Assembly: GCA_023213395.1 (NCBI GenBank)
Contig: CM041465.1
Coordinates: 75,895,741-75,959,740, forward strand
DNA: 64,000 nucleotides
From: Cycas panzhihuaensis
Taxonomy: Eukaryota; Plantae; Cycadophyta
Reading direction: 5' to 3'
This document shows positions 37,201 through 50,760 of this stretch, piece by piece (the first letter of the stretch is position 1; every line of letters starts with the position of its first letter). The position numbers were made by a program, and so were the translations under genes. Below the pieces are notes generated by a model. That model saw only the letters and a list, made by a program, of their open reading frames with translations. It was not told the origin of the DNA and made no database searches.

Positions 37201-40200
37201 GATCAATTTCAATTATGATTGATGATGATTCATTTAATCTACATTGTAGGAGCTAAACACATGAAAGTTAGAGCTGCTCATTGGAGATTTTTGTAAACAT
37301 TCTTCTGAATGCATTCAACCTAACTAAGATTCTATTCACGATATTGAATAATAGAATTAGTACCCCTCTCATTAGCCTTGGTATAACTACTACACTGACA
37401 CCCGATGATGTGATTAAAAACATAGTGACTTATGGCTATTGAGAGTGGCTATATGCATTTTGATACTATAATTTTATATGAATCTATGCATGCCATAGGG
37501 AAGGCCCTCATGAAATCATTTGAAAGAGGGTTTGTTGAATAAAGAAAATATTTTATAGAGAATAAATTTTTTATAATATAAAAAAATTATATTTGAATTT
37601 TTAAATTAAATTATTTTTGATAAATTTTAAGATTTAGGTCTAGGTTTTTGCAGTCAACTAATGGTCATATGGATAGTCCATACGACTTAGGGGGCTAATG
37701 GAAAAGGGGACAAGCTCCAAAATGGAGTAAAATTAATTAGAATATTTTTTACTTTTTAAAATCTCATTTGATATTTGATACTTTTAAATTCCACCACCCA
37801 TTTGTTAAGGATCATGTGATTTTTGTGACCTACTAGTATTTTTTCCTTTATAACTCACCACTCAAATGTTAGAATTCAGTGCTATTAGTTGTATTAGATT
37901 TGTTATTTCGAGATTATTGAAATGGATGGTTGCAAGGCATAGTTTAGAAATTATTAATATGCTATTTTAATCAGTAATGTTCATGAAAATTCTTAAAACT
38001 TCATAAAAAAGTGCATATCATAATATTTTTTAAATATGGTTTTTGATATCCTATAATTTGTTAACATTTTTGATAATATGGTAATGTTATCTTTGTATTT
38101 GGAAGCAAGAAAAAGTATGTTTGTTTTAAAATTAAGTAAAAATTACTTATTTATGACAATTTGAATGCTCTTAATAACCCTTTTTATTACACTTATGAGA
38201 GTTATTTCTTGCAAAATCACATATGGTATTTGCTTGCTAGTAGTTGTATTATTAATATTTAGTAGAAGATGCTTCATGAAAACATATTTGGTTGTTAGTA
38301 AATTTGAAAAGCTTAAACTATGAGTGATATTCATTTGTATCCTTGAAGAACCACACAGTCTTTAAGGTGTATCCTACTCTTAATCAGTTGCTTTAAATAA
38401 GAATGAACCCTTAAAGGACCCACAAATTGGTTGTTTCAAATGAGAATGAAACCACTTTGGTACTCAACTCATTTGGTTGGAAGACTTGGTCTCGAAATAA
38501 AGTTATCTGATGTTGATTAAACCATATATTTAAAGGAGGTTCCTATTCAAATGGTAGTTGTAATAACTATTTACCAATGCATTCTAGCAGATGGACCTTT
38601 ATTCATACAAACTTCATCAGATTTAGTTTGCAACTTGCAGATATATCTAATACAATATGAAGATAATTTTTATTTGTTTGAGTAGATTTTCACATATGTA
38701 ACATTAAACATTATGGCAGGGTGCTAAAATATAATGTTTAATATGAGTTTATGTGTGTTCCCCTTATTTTTTCTTAACTCTCTTATAGGTATTTTATATT
38801 AAGTTATTAAGATATATGCATGTGATACACACCTATTCATGTAAATGTCTCATTGGTAGACTTAATGGTTTCTACATCTACTTGGTCAAGTATGAGGTCA
38901 CATGTACGAGAAGTATGTATTCATACCTAATACAATAATTAGAAGGTGATTATTTTCTCACATATTTGTTGTATTTTGTATTGTATATACTTCATCTTTT
39001 ATTTATTTTATTTATTATTTTATCTTTAATCCCCCATACCTGTAACACATTTTACATTCATATTTTCATTGTGATTTTAAAGGTAATCTTTGAATCCCAT
39101 TTTTTAATATGGTATAAGAACTAATCTCAGTAACTGCATATTTTAACATGGTATCAAAGTAGGGTTGAATCCAAGCCACTATGGTGAGATGAAGATCTTA
39201 TTTATTAAGATTTTAAACCTATTGATAATCATGTTTAAGAACTTATAAAGTAGATGTTGGTAGAGCCAAATACCCTGCTACATAGTTACCTAGCCATTTG
39301 TTAGTGATAGGTCATAAAGATGCCAATTTGTGCCACACAAACCCTACACAGTTTGAGTAAATATCCAACTAGAGGAGAAACCCTACCAATCTCACCTAAA
39401 GTAGAAATAGAAAATATAATTGCTATGTTGAGCAAGAATTGCCCATCCATCATCAACTTCCATGGAGGAGACTATAGACTATAGAATGAATGAGTAAAAA
39501 TTAAGTCATACATAGGTCCCATGGAAGGTTTACAACTAACATTGGAGAAAGGAGAAGTTGCAACCATGCCTACAGCCACATAGTTATTACACATCATGCA
39601 AAGGAGACTTCTGCCAAAGAAATGATACCAAAAAATCATACAAAGATAAAACTCAAAATGGAGATGTACTCCTAAACTACCTTTGCACCATGCCATGAAT
39701 TGAGTAGAAACACATGATAATCTATAAGTACCTGAGTGTTACTTGTGCTATACAGATTGATGATAGTCAATGGAGAATGACTCTTAGAATAATCCACAAT
39801 CCACTAGAGAGGCTACTGTATAAATTTATTGCATCCATGAATCTACAAAAAATTGAAAAGTGATGCTCATCAATTACCTAATGCCAAATGAAATAAAGTT
39901 GATCTACCTTTGGATGAATGTTGCATGACCCAATTGAACCCTTACTTAAGATTTTATACTTAAAAAAACATAAGAGAAATCTATCCAAAATAGTTATCAT
40001 TTGTTACAAGAGTCACATTGATTTTGACTTGATTTCAGAGGTTATATTCAAGCCTTTACAAATCCTAACTTCATGATTCATACCTTTTAGTAGTCAAAGT
40101 TTAGCTTCTATCATGCTTAATCAAATAAATAAATTAAACAAACCAACTCTTACTGAATGCTTTATTATTTAACTATCATAATTACAAGCTTTTGTGAAAT

Positions 40201-40859
40201 GGCTAGCCTCACAAAACTCAATCACATCTAAAGTGGCCTAGCCTACATAGGTGAATTTAACTAGTAACAACTTCCTCGTCTTTTATCATTGATAATGGAC
40301 TTATTAAATCTTATATGCTCTATAATATGGTACCAACATTCTTAAATAAATGTCCACATAAATTCAAAAATAAATCTCACCTTTAATTATGCTTTAATTG
40401 TCATTAGTATGCCCTTTTATATGATTACATCACATAATTATACTAGTTTTTGGCTCTTCAATTACTCTTTAATAGTTGACTCCTGATTCTAGCTCATACT
40501 AGCTCTTTCACTAGCTCAATATTGAATCTCACAATACCTACACATATCATCCTTGAATGATGAATATTGTCACCATATACATGCAATATTCAACATCTAT
40601 CAACTATCATCTTACTTTTATTATGCAACTTCAATTAATGTCTTTCAATTAACTTGCCTCAAAATATTCAAATGATGTATGTACATATTTATAAGTTGAT
40701 CACCTTATATATCAACTAATCAAGTCATGTTGATACATTAGCCAATCACATTACATATATAAAATTTCTTTTACATCAACTAATGATAACTTTGATCACT
40801 TGACCAGTAATTAAATATTACATCGATTTATAAAACTAATTATTTCAGTTCTTCCAATA
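34219..40859 (-). mobile_element. Old Copia-like LTR element 'D' (3' LTR 34219-34713; 5' LTR remnant ~40658-40859)
   Basis: 34510-34713 is homologous to 40658-40859; PPT-like AAAGGGAA on the minus strand next to 34713; flanks AATGA/AACAA; coding traces are too decayed to call firmly. Confidence 0.62.
35960..39939 (+). mobile_element. Non-coding LTR element in tandem form: LTR-internal-LTR-partial internal, nested in D
   Basis: LTR1 35960-36345 followed by PBS TGGTATCA; LTR2 38722-39109 preceded by PPT-like ATGGCAGGG; 36346-37155 is repeated at 39149-39939. Confidence 0.85.
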
Positions 40860-41390
40860 AACAAGTGACATAACTTATAGAAACACTACAAAATATGGAA
40901 AGAAATAGAATCACATAAAAGAAATGGAAACAAAATGACTATTTAAATGACAAATGATAAAATGTTTTAAAGGGGGAAAGACCTATTCATTTATACCAAA
41001 CCATTTCATGAATATAAAATCACCCATGATAAACATTCACTTGTTATGGGGGAGCAAACACCTATTTGACAAGCCACAAGTTATTATGAGTAGGTGGCGA
41101 GGTTATATATCCTCCATAGGCTTATCTAGTGAGTATTAATGGTTGAATTCTTTTTAATTCATAGTGAAAAATATAATACACTTATAGGGGAAGGGTTTTC
41201 AATGCCAAAATTCATAAACAATGATCAAACTAAGAGTGAATCAACATAGGAAATAATATACATATAGTTTATACTTATTTTAGAATTCAAATACTCCTAA
41301 GTGTTAGGCCTGGAGAAAGGGGTGATAGTTTACAACCATGTTAGAGTATACCATGGTTTAGGCTTATTACAAAGTGAGAGAGGTGATGAG

Positions 41391-44300
41391 CTATACATAA
41401 TAGAGGAGAAGGAACCAAGAGTTAACTAAATTCTTGATCTCACTCCCATTTATCATTAAAATATAATAATCCTTATTATTAAGATCTTCAGTCATAAGAA
41501 AAGGACCTACCCACTTTAGTGTTAACTTGTATTATTTTTCATAAAGATGCTCAAGTTTAAGATTTAACTTTGAATTTACATAGTTATAGGTTCCTATCAT
41601 AGGTAGACTTAGCCTTCTTTTTAGAAAAGATGTTACTCTAATAGGAATGAAGCCATATTTCGTCAAGGTATTCTAGTTTAAGTAAGCAAGCTTACCACAA
41701 CCACTCATCATCAGTAACCTCCTTGAGAGAGATACATAGTGATAAGATTTTAAATTTGAGAGGGATGATGTCTTTTGTGCCATATATAATTGAGAAATAG
41801 GTCATCGTTATATCATTTTGAATGGAGGTATAGTATGCCCAAAGTACCATAAAAAGTTAGGTCTATCAGTCATTTTATGAGGTAGAAATAATTTTGGCCA
41901 ATATCTTAACTAATATCTTATTAAAGGCCTCAATTTATCCATTTGCTTGGGGGTAACATTGATATGAGATATGATGGATAATAGAGAACTTAACACATAG
42001 ATCATCAACATCCTATTTAAAAAGGGGATCTCATTTTTGATGTTGATAATGTTGGGATGGAATAGTAACAAATGGTATAATTACAAAATAAAGGCTATAA
42101 TGACCTTACTTATCATGGAGACAAGTGAAGCTACTTCACTCTGCTTAGTAAACTATTTTATAGTGGTAATAATGAACCTATGACCAATGAAATAAGGAGG
42201 GAAATTTTACCTAATAAGATCCAAACCATACTAGAAAAAAGGCTAGATTGAAATGATACCCCTAATAGATGTAGAGGGTTCGTGGATGTGGTCTGTGTAA
42301 GCCTAAAACTTGTCACACTTTTTAACATAGGCATGGGCATCTAAGAAGAGGGTAAACCAATAGTAGTCCATCTATAGAATGCATTAGGCTGTCACTTAGC
42401 CACCACAAATGATATCATGGAATTAACTTAGGATAATTCAAGTTTTGAGAGGGGAGAAACACCCAAGTATAACTCCATAAAAGGAACACTCATAAATATT
42501 GTTTCCAAGGATGGCATAGTAGCATGCAGTCACCCTAATTCTCTTCCTATCCTTAGAGTTTATGTTAGTGGGATAAGATTATTCTTGGAGGACATGGATG
42601 ATATTTGTATACCACCTTATATCATTTTTCAAGGTATCTATATGAAAGATAAGCTCATCAAGGAGGGAATTATCCACCTCTTTGTTGCACTTATTAGGAA
42701 AAAGAGACATTGCTAGTTATTTAATGATAATGATCCCTTTCTTGGACTTGCAATTAATGATTTTAAAATCAAATTCTTATAACAAAAGGGCCTATTTTCC
42801 CATGCACCCAGTGAGATATGCTTTGGTGATAAGGAGGAAATGGTGTTAGATTGAACAATGACCTTCATGGTATTACCCAAGAGGTAATAACATAACTTCT
42901 TGGTCATGAAGACTAAGGCAAGACACTTCTTATCAATATGGAAGTATTTGATCTTGATATTAACTAGATTTTTGTAAACAAAGTAGATGGTATATTTATG
43001 ACTAAAGTCATCCTTCTAAGCCAACATGCCCCCAAGGGATCCTTTGGTAGCTAAAGTATATAGGAGGAAAGACTTCCCTAATGAGAGATGCTAGGAAGGG
43101 AGTGGAGACAAAGCCTTCCTTAAGCTTATCAAACTATTTATAGACTTTAGAAGTCTAATAAAGGGGAACACCATTCTTAAAATTATTGGTAAGGGGCTTA
43201 GAATTCATTGCAAAGTTAGTTAGGAACTTGCAAAGGAAATCCAAATGGCCTAAGAAAGATTTTACTTGCTTTTGAGTGGTAGGTGGAGGCATCTCAATAA
43301 TAGATTTAATCTTGTTAGGATTAATTTGAATGCCTTCTCTCAAAATGATGTTGCTAGGGATTTGGCCAGAGGTGATAGTAAAGATGCACTTGAGAGGGTT
43401 TAGGTAAAGGTAATATTTTCTACATCTCTTAAATATAACTCAAAGGTCATGGATGTAGTCCTTATAACTCTTAGATAGTCTAATCATATCATTTATGTAA
43501 ATACCAATGTTATGGCCTATCAGATCATGAAATATATAATGCATCACCCTTTGATAAGTGGCACCTATGTTTTCAAGGCCAAAGGGCATGACCTTATAAA
43601 TGAAAGTCCCCTATGGAGTAATGAAAGTAGTTTCTATGATAGTCTTTGGGTACAATACAGATCTAGTTATAACTTGAAAAGTTATCCATGAGAGACCTAC
43701 CCTTGAATTTAGCAAATTAATCAAGGATTTGATCCATAAAAGGTAAGGGGAATTTTCTTTTCAGCATGCATTATTAATATCTCTAAAGTTAATGCAAGTA
43801 TGAATAAAGTTATTTTTCTTTATGACTAGAATAATATTAAGATCCCACTAAGGATAATCTATAGACTTGTTGAATTAAGCCTTTAATAGCTTCTTAACTT
43901 CTAGCTTAATGGTATCCAAAAGTTAAGGGTGAATGGGTCTTTAAAGCTAGCACTTAGGGCTAGCTCCTAGAAGATTGATAATATGATGGATAACAATGTC
44001 AAGGTAGAATCCTTTCATGTCAAGATAATCCCACATAAAAATAATGGAGAACATAATGTCGAGTTTCTTGATTTATTAAATTTCTTTTGGGAAGTAATCA
44101 TTCCCCACTTTGATGATGTAAGGTTCATTAGTAATGCTAAGATTGACATCAATAATATCAATAATGAGTAGGGAACTACCCTCATCAAAATGAAGAGGGA
44201 CTAGATCAATAAGAGAAGAGGTTGAGGAGGCCTCTTGGGCTTCAAATTCCAAAGGATAATTAGAGTGAGCATGCTTAGAAAGGCTTAGCTTATTGATATT

Positions 44301-47300
44301 AGAGGGAAGACTATCAGATGAACTATTTAGGTGATCTAGGATAGCTTCATCATTTTAAAATTGATTAAGGTCACAAATGACCTAAGTAATCGTATGGGCA
44401 TATTTAATTTCAATACCTTTGCTAGTATTAGGGCCCTAAGCTTGAAAATACTAGCCAAAACAAGTAAAATAAAAGGAGTTCCAATCATATCCTCCTTGTA
44501 GAGGGCATTGACTAAGGAAATATTTTGTTATTGTTATATGTGTTGATGATGGACTAGTTGGACCTCTCCTTCATGACAAAATTAGAATTCACCAAAGAGA
44601 GAAGAACAAGCAACCCCTATCTATTTGACCTAACACATTATAATCTAAGTTTACATAGATGATTCCAAATCCATTAACCATAGTTTTTCCATAAAGGATA
44701 AGAAGAAGTAAGACCTTACCCATAGGAATAGTTTAGGTTTTATCAAAACCTTGATATACCCAACTTACAGGTTCAAAACAGAAAATGCCAAAGGACTCAA
44801 GGAGATAGAGAGGGATAAAGTTAGTAGCAGCACCTTCATAAACAATGCATCTTTTGATGGTTCATTTCCCACTCATAAAATGAGAGGAATGTTATGGTGA
44901 TCATAATGGTCATCAAGTTGAAATAGACTAAAAGTGGCAAGAGGTTTACTTGAGTCAGATTTCCTAATGCTAAGAGCATAAAACAAAAGATAATTTTTCT
45001 CAAGATATCTCTTGCATAGGTCTAACAGAGAGATACTTATAGATATGGATCTAATATCCCCCATGATGGAGAAGCCCTTTTTCTTAAGGATTTACATGAG
45101 GGTATGACTAAAATCTATCGCAATGAAGTGAAGAGAGATTTCAGGGATCTCCTTGCTTAGCTTAGTCAAGGAGACAATTTTGAATCTCTAGGAATTTTTA
45201 GTGTTAATTACAAGAAGGTAAACCATTTCCACTATACTAATGGTCTTGCCCCAAGAATCTTAGTCATCCTTAAGAGGAAGTTTGGGTTACAATGATTGTT
45301 TTTCTTATCCTTGGTGGGCTTAGTGGGAGTGGAATTATTTTCATTCTCAAATTCAAAACTACTATATAGGACTTTATTCTTAGAAGGACCCTTCCCTTTA
45401 TATTTGTCTTAGTTTTTATGGAATAGGTCAGTATGAATTAATAAGTTTTTATTTTATCAAGTCAGTTATTGATTAGGTGAGGTATAATTCCTTCCAAGTT
45501 ACTTGAGCTTATTACACTTAGATCTATCATAGGCATTGACTTCATGATACATGCACCAAGGGCTCTTCTTAATAAGAGGAGAAGGAAGGGGCTTGGTCCC
45601 TTACTCTAGCTTCTACTCTACAAGATTAATGACATTAAAATCTTTAGAAGTTTAGAATCTTTGGAAGGTTTGAAAGTATAAGCTTATAGCTTGGCTATGA
45701 TGGATCACTTTGGGGCACAAAGAAAGAGGTAAATTGATCATACATTTTATCACATTAAATTGGTTTAGACTCATAAGTAGGCTCTCATTTAGAAGTAGAG
45801 GAGAAATTTCTTAAATTCTTAACTCCTACTTAAATATCAAAGGATTCAAGGGTCAAACATCTATCAATGATGCTCTCATACATGGTTAGACCAAGTTTCA
45901 ACACCTAAAGATGGACTTGAACTTTGAGAGCCTTGGTGAATAGGTCAAAGAGTAAATCATTATCAAAGGGTCATTGAAAAAAATAGATAAGGTCTTGGAA
46001 ATAATGAATATAGTCATATAAAAACTTGTATGCCCCTTTCTTGATTGAAAAAAGAGCTTTCCCACATGTTTTGAAAGGGGTAATGACATCAAAAGAGTTA
46101 ATAAAAGAGTTAACAAGCTATTGAAATGAGTAAATAACCATATTTAGAAATTTGTAGAACCACTTTTGAGCATCATTCAATAGGGTCTTAGAGAAGATCT
46201 ACATCATAACATGATCATAGGAAATATAATCAATGCATACAAGTGTAAAAGCTTATATGTGACTAGTAAGATCTTGCTCCAACTCTCTACTAAACTTTGG
46301 GAGTTTGAGGATGAATAATAGGAGAAAGTATAAAAGGACCTCTTATGGAAAGGGGATACTCTTATAATTGATATAGGTCCTCCTCACCATAAGGGAAAAG
46401 TAGGATGGCTAAGCACTTGATTAAGATAATGGATTCACTCCATACATAGAATGACCTATGTATGGAGGAAGTTGAATAACATTAGAGACTCTAGCATGAG
46501 AGGATTGACCACTATATAGATAGGAAGGTGGTTGTATATATGACATGCCTATCCAAAATGCTTAAGGACCCATAGAATGAACCTAAGAGGAGAGAACATT
46601 AGGCTATAAAGGAGCCTAAGGGACATAGGCATTACATCTAAGAAGGGGGTATACACTTGGGTTTGGATAGGAATCATAAAGTAGACCATAAGATCCTTTA
46701 GGTTTTGAACAAACTCTTTAAGTTGGTTGGGAAGTAGAAGTGGTAAGGGGTTATTAAAAGGGTGGGGGGAGGGAGGGGGGTGATACCAATAAGATGAGGT
46801 TGTATCCATAAGGACATAAAAGGCACCTAGTTAATGGGAATATATTCCATGTAAATGGAGTGAACAAGTATAAAAGTAAATACATAAAATGATGAAGGTT
46901 TGGGAGGGTGGAGGAGGGAATATATGTGGCTAGATAAAGGAATACCACCATGTAGGGATGGTGGAGGTACTAGTCCCTTGGGAAGGACACATAGTAATAA
47001 AGATACGGATAATGGGTAAAGTGATCAAATAGGCTAGAGGGGTAGGGTAAAGACTAGCTAGGTTAGGACCCGAAAGTATAATAAACCATAATGCAACTAG
47101 ATTGAAATATAAACTCTAGGTATAGGACCATGACCAAATGAATGAGGATCTTAAAGTAAGAGGAAGCTCTAGGGTCTAAAACTTAAGAATTTGATAAAAG
47201 CATGATAGGGTGAGAATCTAGTGGAATAAACTGGGTAGAGGATATAAGGTAGGAAGAGGTTGTGGTACCCTCTTAGAGAAGCACATAGAAGCTTCCCACA

Positions 47301-47455
47301 TGCAAAAGGTAGATCAAATCAAGATGATTAAGGAAAGGGTCACTAAGAGGTTAAGGAATGCATTGGTAATGGGATACTTTTGAGTCCTCATAGGGTATGC
47401 CCTAAAGATGAGTAAACTCTCTAAGAAGGAGTTGTCCCAAAATGAAATGAGCCAT
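41391..47455 (-). pseudogene. gag-pol: Degraded gag-pol of Tat-like Ty3/gypsy element 'A'
   Basis: Capsid ~46000-46320; WCMYH knuckle ~45550; PR ~44600-44860; RT (MPFGLENIGATYQR, YINDM, MPPPTTQKQVKSFLG); RH (KKLCYYLLG); INT ending KWVGPF...LYYV* at 41391. Confidence 0.85.
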
Positions 47456-50360
47456 ATCTAATGGTGTCATAACTTAAGTCCAATTAGCTAGAGTGAGTTT
47501 ATAAGAACATAATCTTGAGGTGACAACTCTCAAGAAGTAACCCTTTGAACTAACCTCTAAGGAGAGGTCTTATCTACTTGTGGAATTGATAAAAGATGAA
47601 GGAATTAAACTAGTTTAGGTTTTAAAATAATTTCTATGTGAATGGAAGAAATAAATCTAGATCTAATCAACTTAAACCATATTAAATAACAACAAACCAA
47701 GATTACATGTAAATCTAGTATGTATTCTTAGTTTGAATGAATCTAATAAAGAGTGAATATGTAATCAACCAAATCATAGGAGATGTAAATATAATTCCTT
47801 CCCTTCTTTTCTTTTTGTGTTTCTTAAATGATTTAAAATGAAAGGAAAACAATCAAGTACAAGTGACAAAGGAGTTCTAGGAACTTGTATTATACTTATG
47901 TTTATCTTATTGACCACACTTTTACTTTCTCTTTCTAATCTTTTAGATTTACTCAATAGGAAATGAAAGACTAAAAGAAATAAGTAATTAGACAATCACA
48001 AGTTCTTAGCTCAAAACCTACTCAATAACCTCTCAACTATATTTTCTTTTTATGTAGGCAAGTAATAGGAAAAAGCCAAACAAAGCAAATAATCAATACA
48101 AGAAACATACACTTTTACTTTGCTTTTTTCTTCTCTCTTTACTTCCTTATGAAACTTGGAAACTGAAAAAAGAGAATGGAAGTATTGAGATGAGAAATGA
48201 GTATCTTATGATATAGTTTGTGTCATATAACTTCACTCCTTATAATTTCTCCTTATATTAAAGTGTCACTCATTGATGAAAGAGAAATTGGCATAGATAT
48301 TATAATAATTCTTTCAAAGAAAAGGGATCTCAAATGAAATTTCATAAGCTTATCAAGATTCCAATAATAATCATATAGCACAAAATGAACTTATCATGAA
48401 AAAAGAGAATTCGCTTGAGTCACCTATGACTCTATGGAAGAGAGTTGAAGTGCTTGCCTTGCTCAAAGATCCCTTTCCTACTTATCACTCACCTCCTCTC
48501 AGGAGTTTGGTTTGATATACTTTAGCCCTTGTTAGGGCCAAACTTATTGAAAGTTGTGAGCTGGAATAAATAAGGATGTATAAATGTGATTACTTATCAA
48601 AAGACTACAATTAAAAATTGAAACCAATTTAATTTTGAAAAATAGTCCTCTAATGACTTGACCAATGTGATAGAAGCTCGGGAATTAAAATTGATTTGAT
48701 TCCAAGCTTAACCACTTAAAGGACTAACAAAAACAACTAGATTTTATTGAAAATAAGAATAAAATAGTAATGAAAGACCCTTTGTTTATTAATTAATTTT
48801 TTGAAAGATAAACTCAAAAGAATCTTTCACTAATTTCTAAAACTAATAACTAATTTAAACAAATTTACTTATGACTTGAATGAAATAAGTATAGTATGAC
48901 TTAGAATGATGCTTCATTTCTACTCAACATGTTACCACCAAGCCCTAAGTACCATGAGAATGACAAGTTTGACAATAAGAAATGTTAAAGAAGAGCATAA
49001 TGTATACAAGAAATCAATAGGAACTATAAGAAGATGATCTCAGCAAGTGAGTAAGAAGTTGAGTCTGAGAACTAGACAACAAATTGAGGTAAAAGTAGCC
49101 CTCTAATCTTTTCAATAAAATCAATAATTTCTCAAGAAGAATGGTCTTCAGTCAACTTCTAAACAACAAAAGAGAACTAGCAATATTTAGTAAAAAATTG
49201 GCAGCATTTTGTTACCTTAGAAACTCTCCCCTAACTCCAAAATAGCCCAAGGATTTATAGAGGTTGAGAGGGAAAGAATATCATGGATTTTACCCATAGA
49301 TTTTGTGATTTCCAACAACCAAATCTTTTGATGGAGGGGGATAAGATAATTGTGAGGGAATTAGGGTAGGTAAGGTAATACCAATCTTCGTATTTGGGAA
49401 TTTGTTGTTGAGAAAATCATAAATAATTAGTGTTCTACATTTAATTTTTAATTATGATAGTAAAAAACATGATTTTACACTAAAAATATGATTATTACAT
49501 TTTATTCAAGAGGTCACATTTTTTATTATACCAAAATTGTGATAAAATAAAAAGTGATAAAAAATAGAAGAAAGGGAGTAGTTTTCAGGAAAATGACTTG
49601 CTAAAGGGTCCTAGATTAAAAAACACATAGATGGGGCTTGAATCACTATAAATTGAGCCAAAAAATTTATCAAAACAAGGCTAAAAACAATTAAGTTATG
49701 GGGTCATACTAAGAAAAACGTTACACAAAGAGAAGGAAACTTTGAGCATGATTGGAATTATGCTAAGAAAAGTCTTTATAATACATCATAGCACTAGTCA
49801 TCAGCAAAATTATCATTACCATCAAATACAAAAAATTATCTCATTAACATTCCATAGTCTAAAATCATGCAATGAGTTATCAAGCATATCCAAATCCAAG
49901 ATTAAATTGAGAGATTATCAACAAAAAGTAAACCATTAACAAATCATGCTATTAAAGAGATATTCGTTACAAAAGTACAAGAGTTAACTAACTTAGATAT
50001 GAACCTAATAATGGAAAAATGACCAATTATGGTGAAACATTTACCTCTTATCACTAGAAGCTCTTGTTAACAATAGAAATCACTATGGTAAATGGTGGCA
50101 ACCTAGAATTGAGTTTTGAATGACTTGGCCTTATTTTTTATGTCAAAATTAAGGATAGTTTAGATGAGAGATATATATAATATAATAGTGGAAAAAGTCA
50201 TTCCATCATAATGGAACAAGGGTGGTTTAAGAACTCTATTTCTAAAGCTATATTCAAACTTGATTGTGATATTGGATTACCCATCATGTTCATGGGGATT
50301 TGAGAGAAGAGTGGTTGTTGTAGTTTAACCTCTTTAGTACCTATTCTTAGAGGTGTATCT

Positions 50361-50760
50361 ACCATATTTAAGCCTCATTACTAGTGCTTAATAGGGGTCA
50401 GTTACCATAGTTTTATCTTGTTAGTGACCATCTCACATCTCTTGAGTGAGTGAGATTACAAGGCTTTAGAGGATTAGCTGCCATAGTTTAGCTTCATTAT
50501 CAATTCTTTAGAGGGGCTGGTTACCATTATTTTACCTTATTAGTGACCATCTCACATCTCTTAAGTTAGTGAGATTGTGGGGTTTTGGAGGTGTAGCTAC
50601 CATAGTTTAGCCTTATCAGGATTGCTTCAAAGGGGTTAGTCACCATAGTTTTACCTTGTTAGTGACTATCTTGTATCTCCTGAGTGAATAAGACTATGGG
50701 ATTTTAGAGGACTAGCTATCATAGTTTAGCCTCATTCATAGTGCTTCAAAGGCATAGTTT
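50361..50760. repeat. 119-bp tandem repeat (~3.5 copies) with an internal sub-repeat and hairpin
   Basis: Unit starts at 50361, 50480, 50599 and 50718; CCATAGTTT occurs twice per unit; a related decayed copy lies at ~52480-52680. Confidence 0.85.

Noticed and set aside
50361-50760. Regular repeats as a CRISPR array (also 19280-19620)
   Set aside because: Whole units repeat with no unique spacers, there are no cas genes, and the context is plant retroelement DNA
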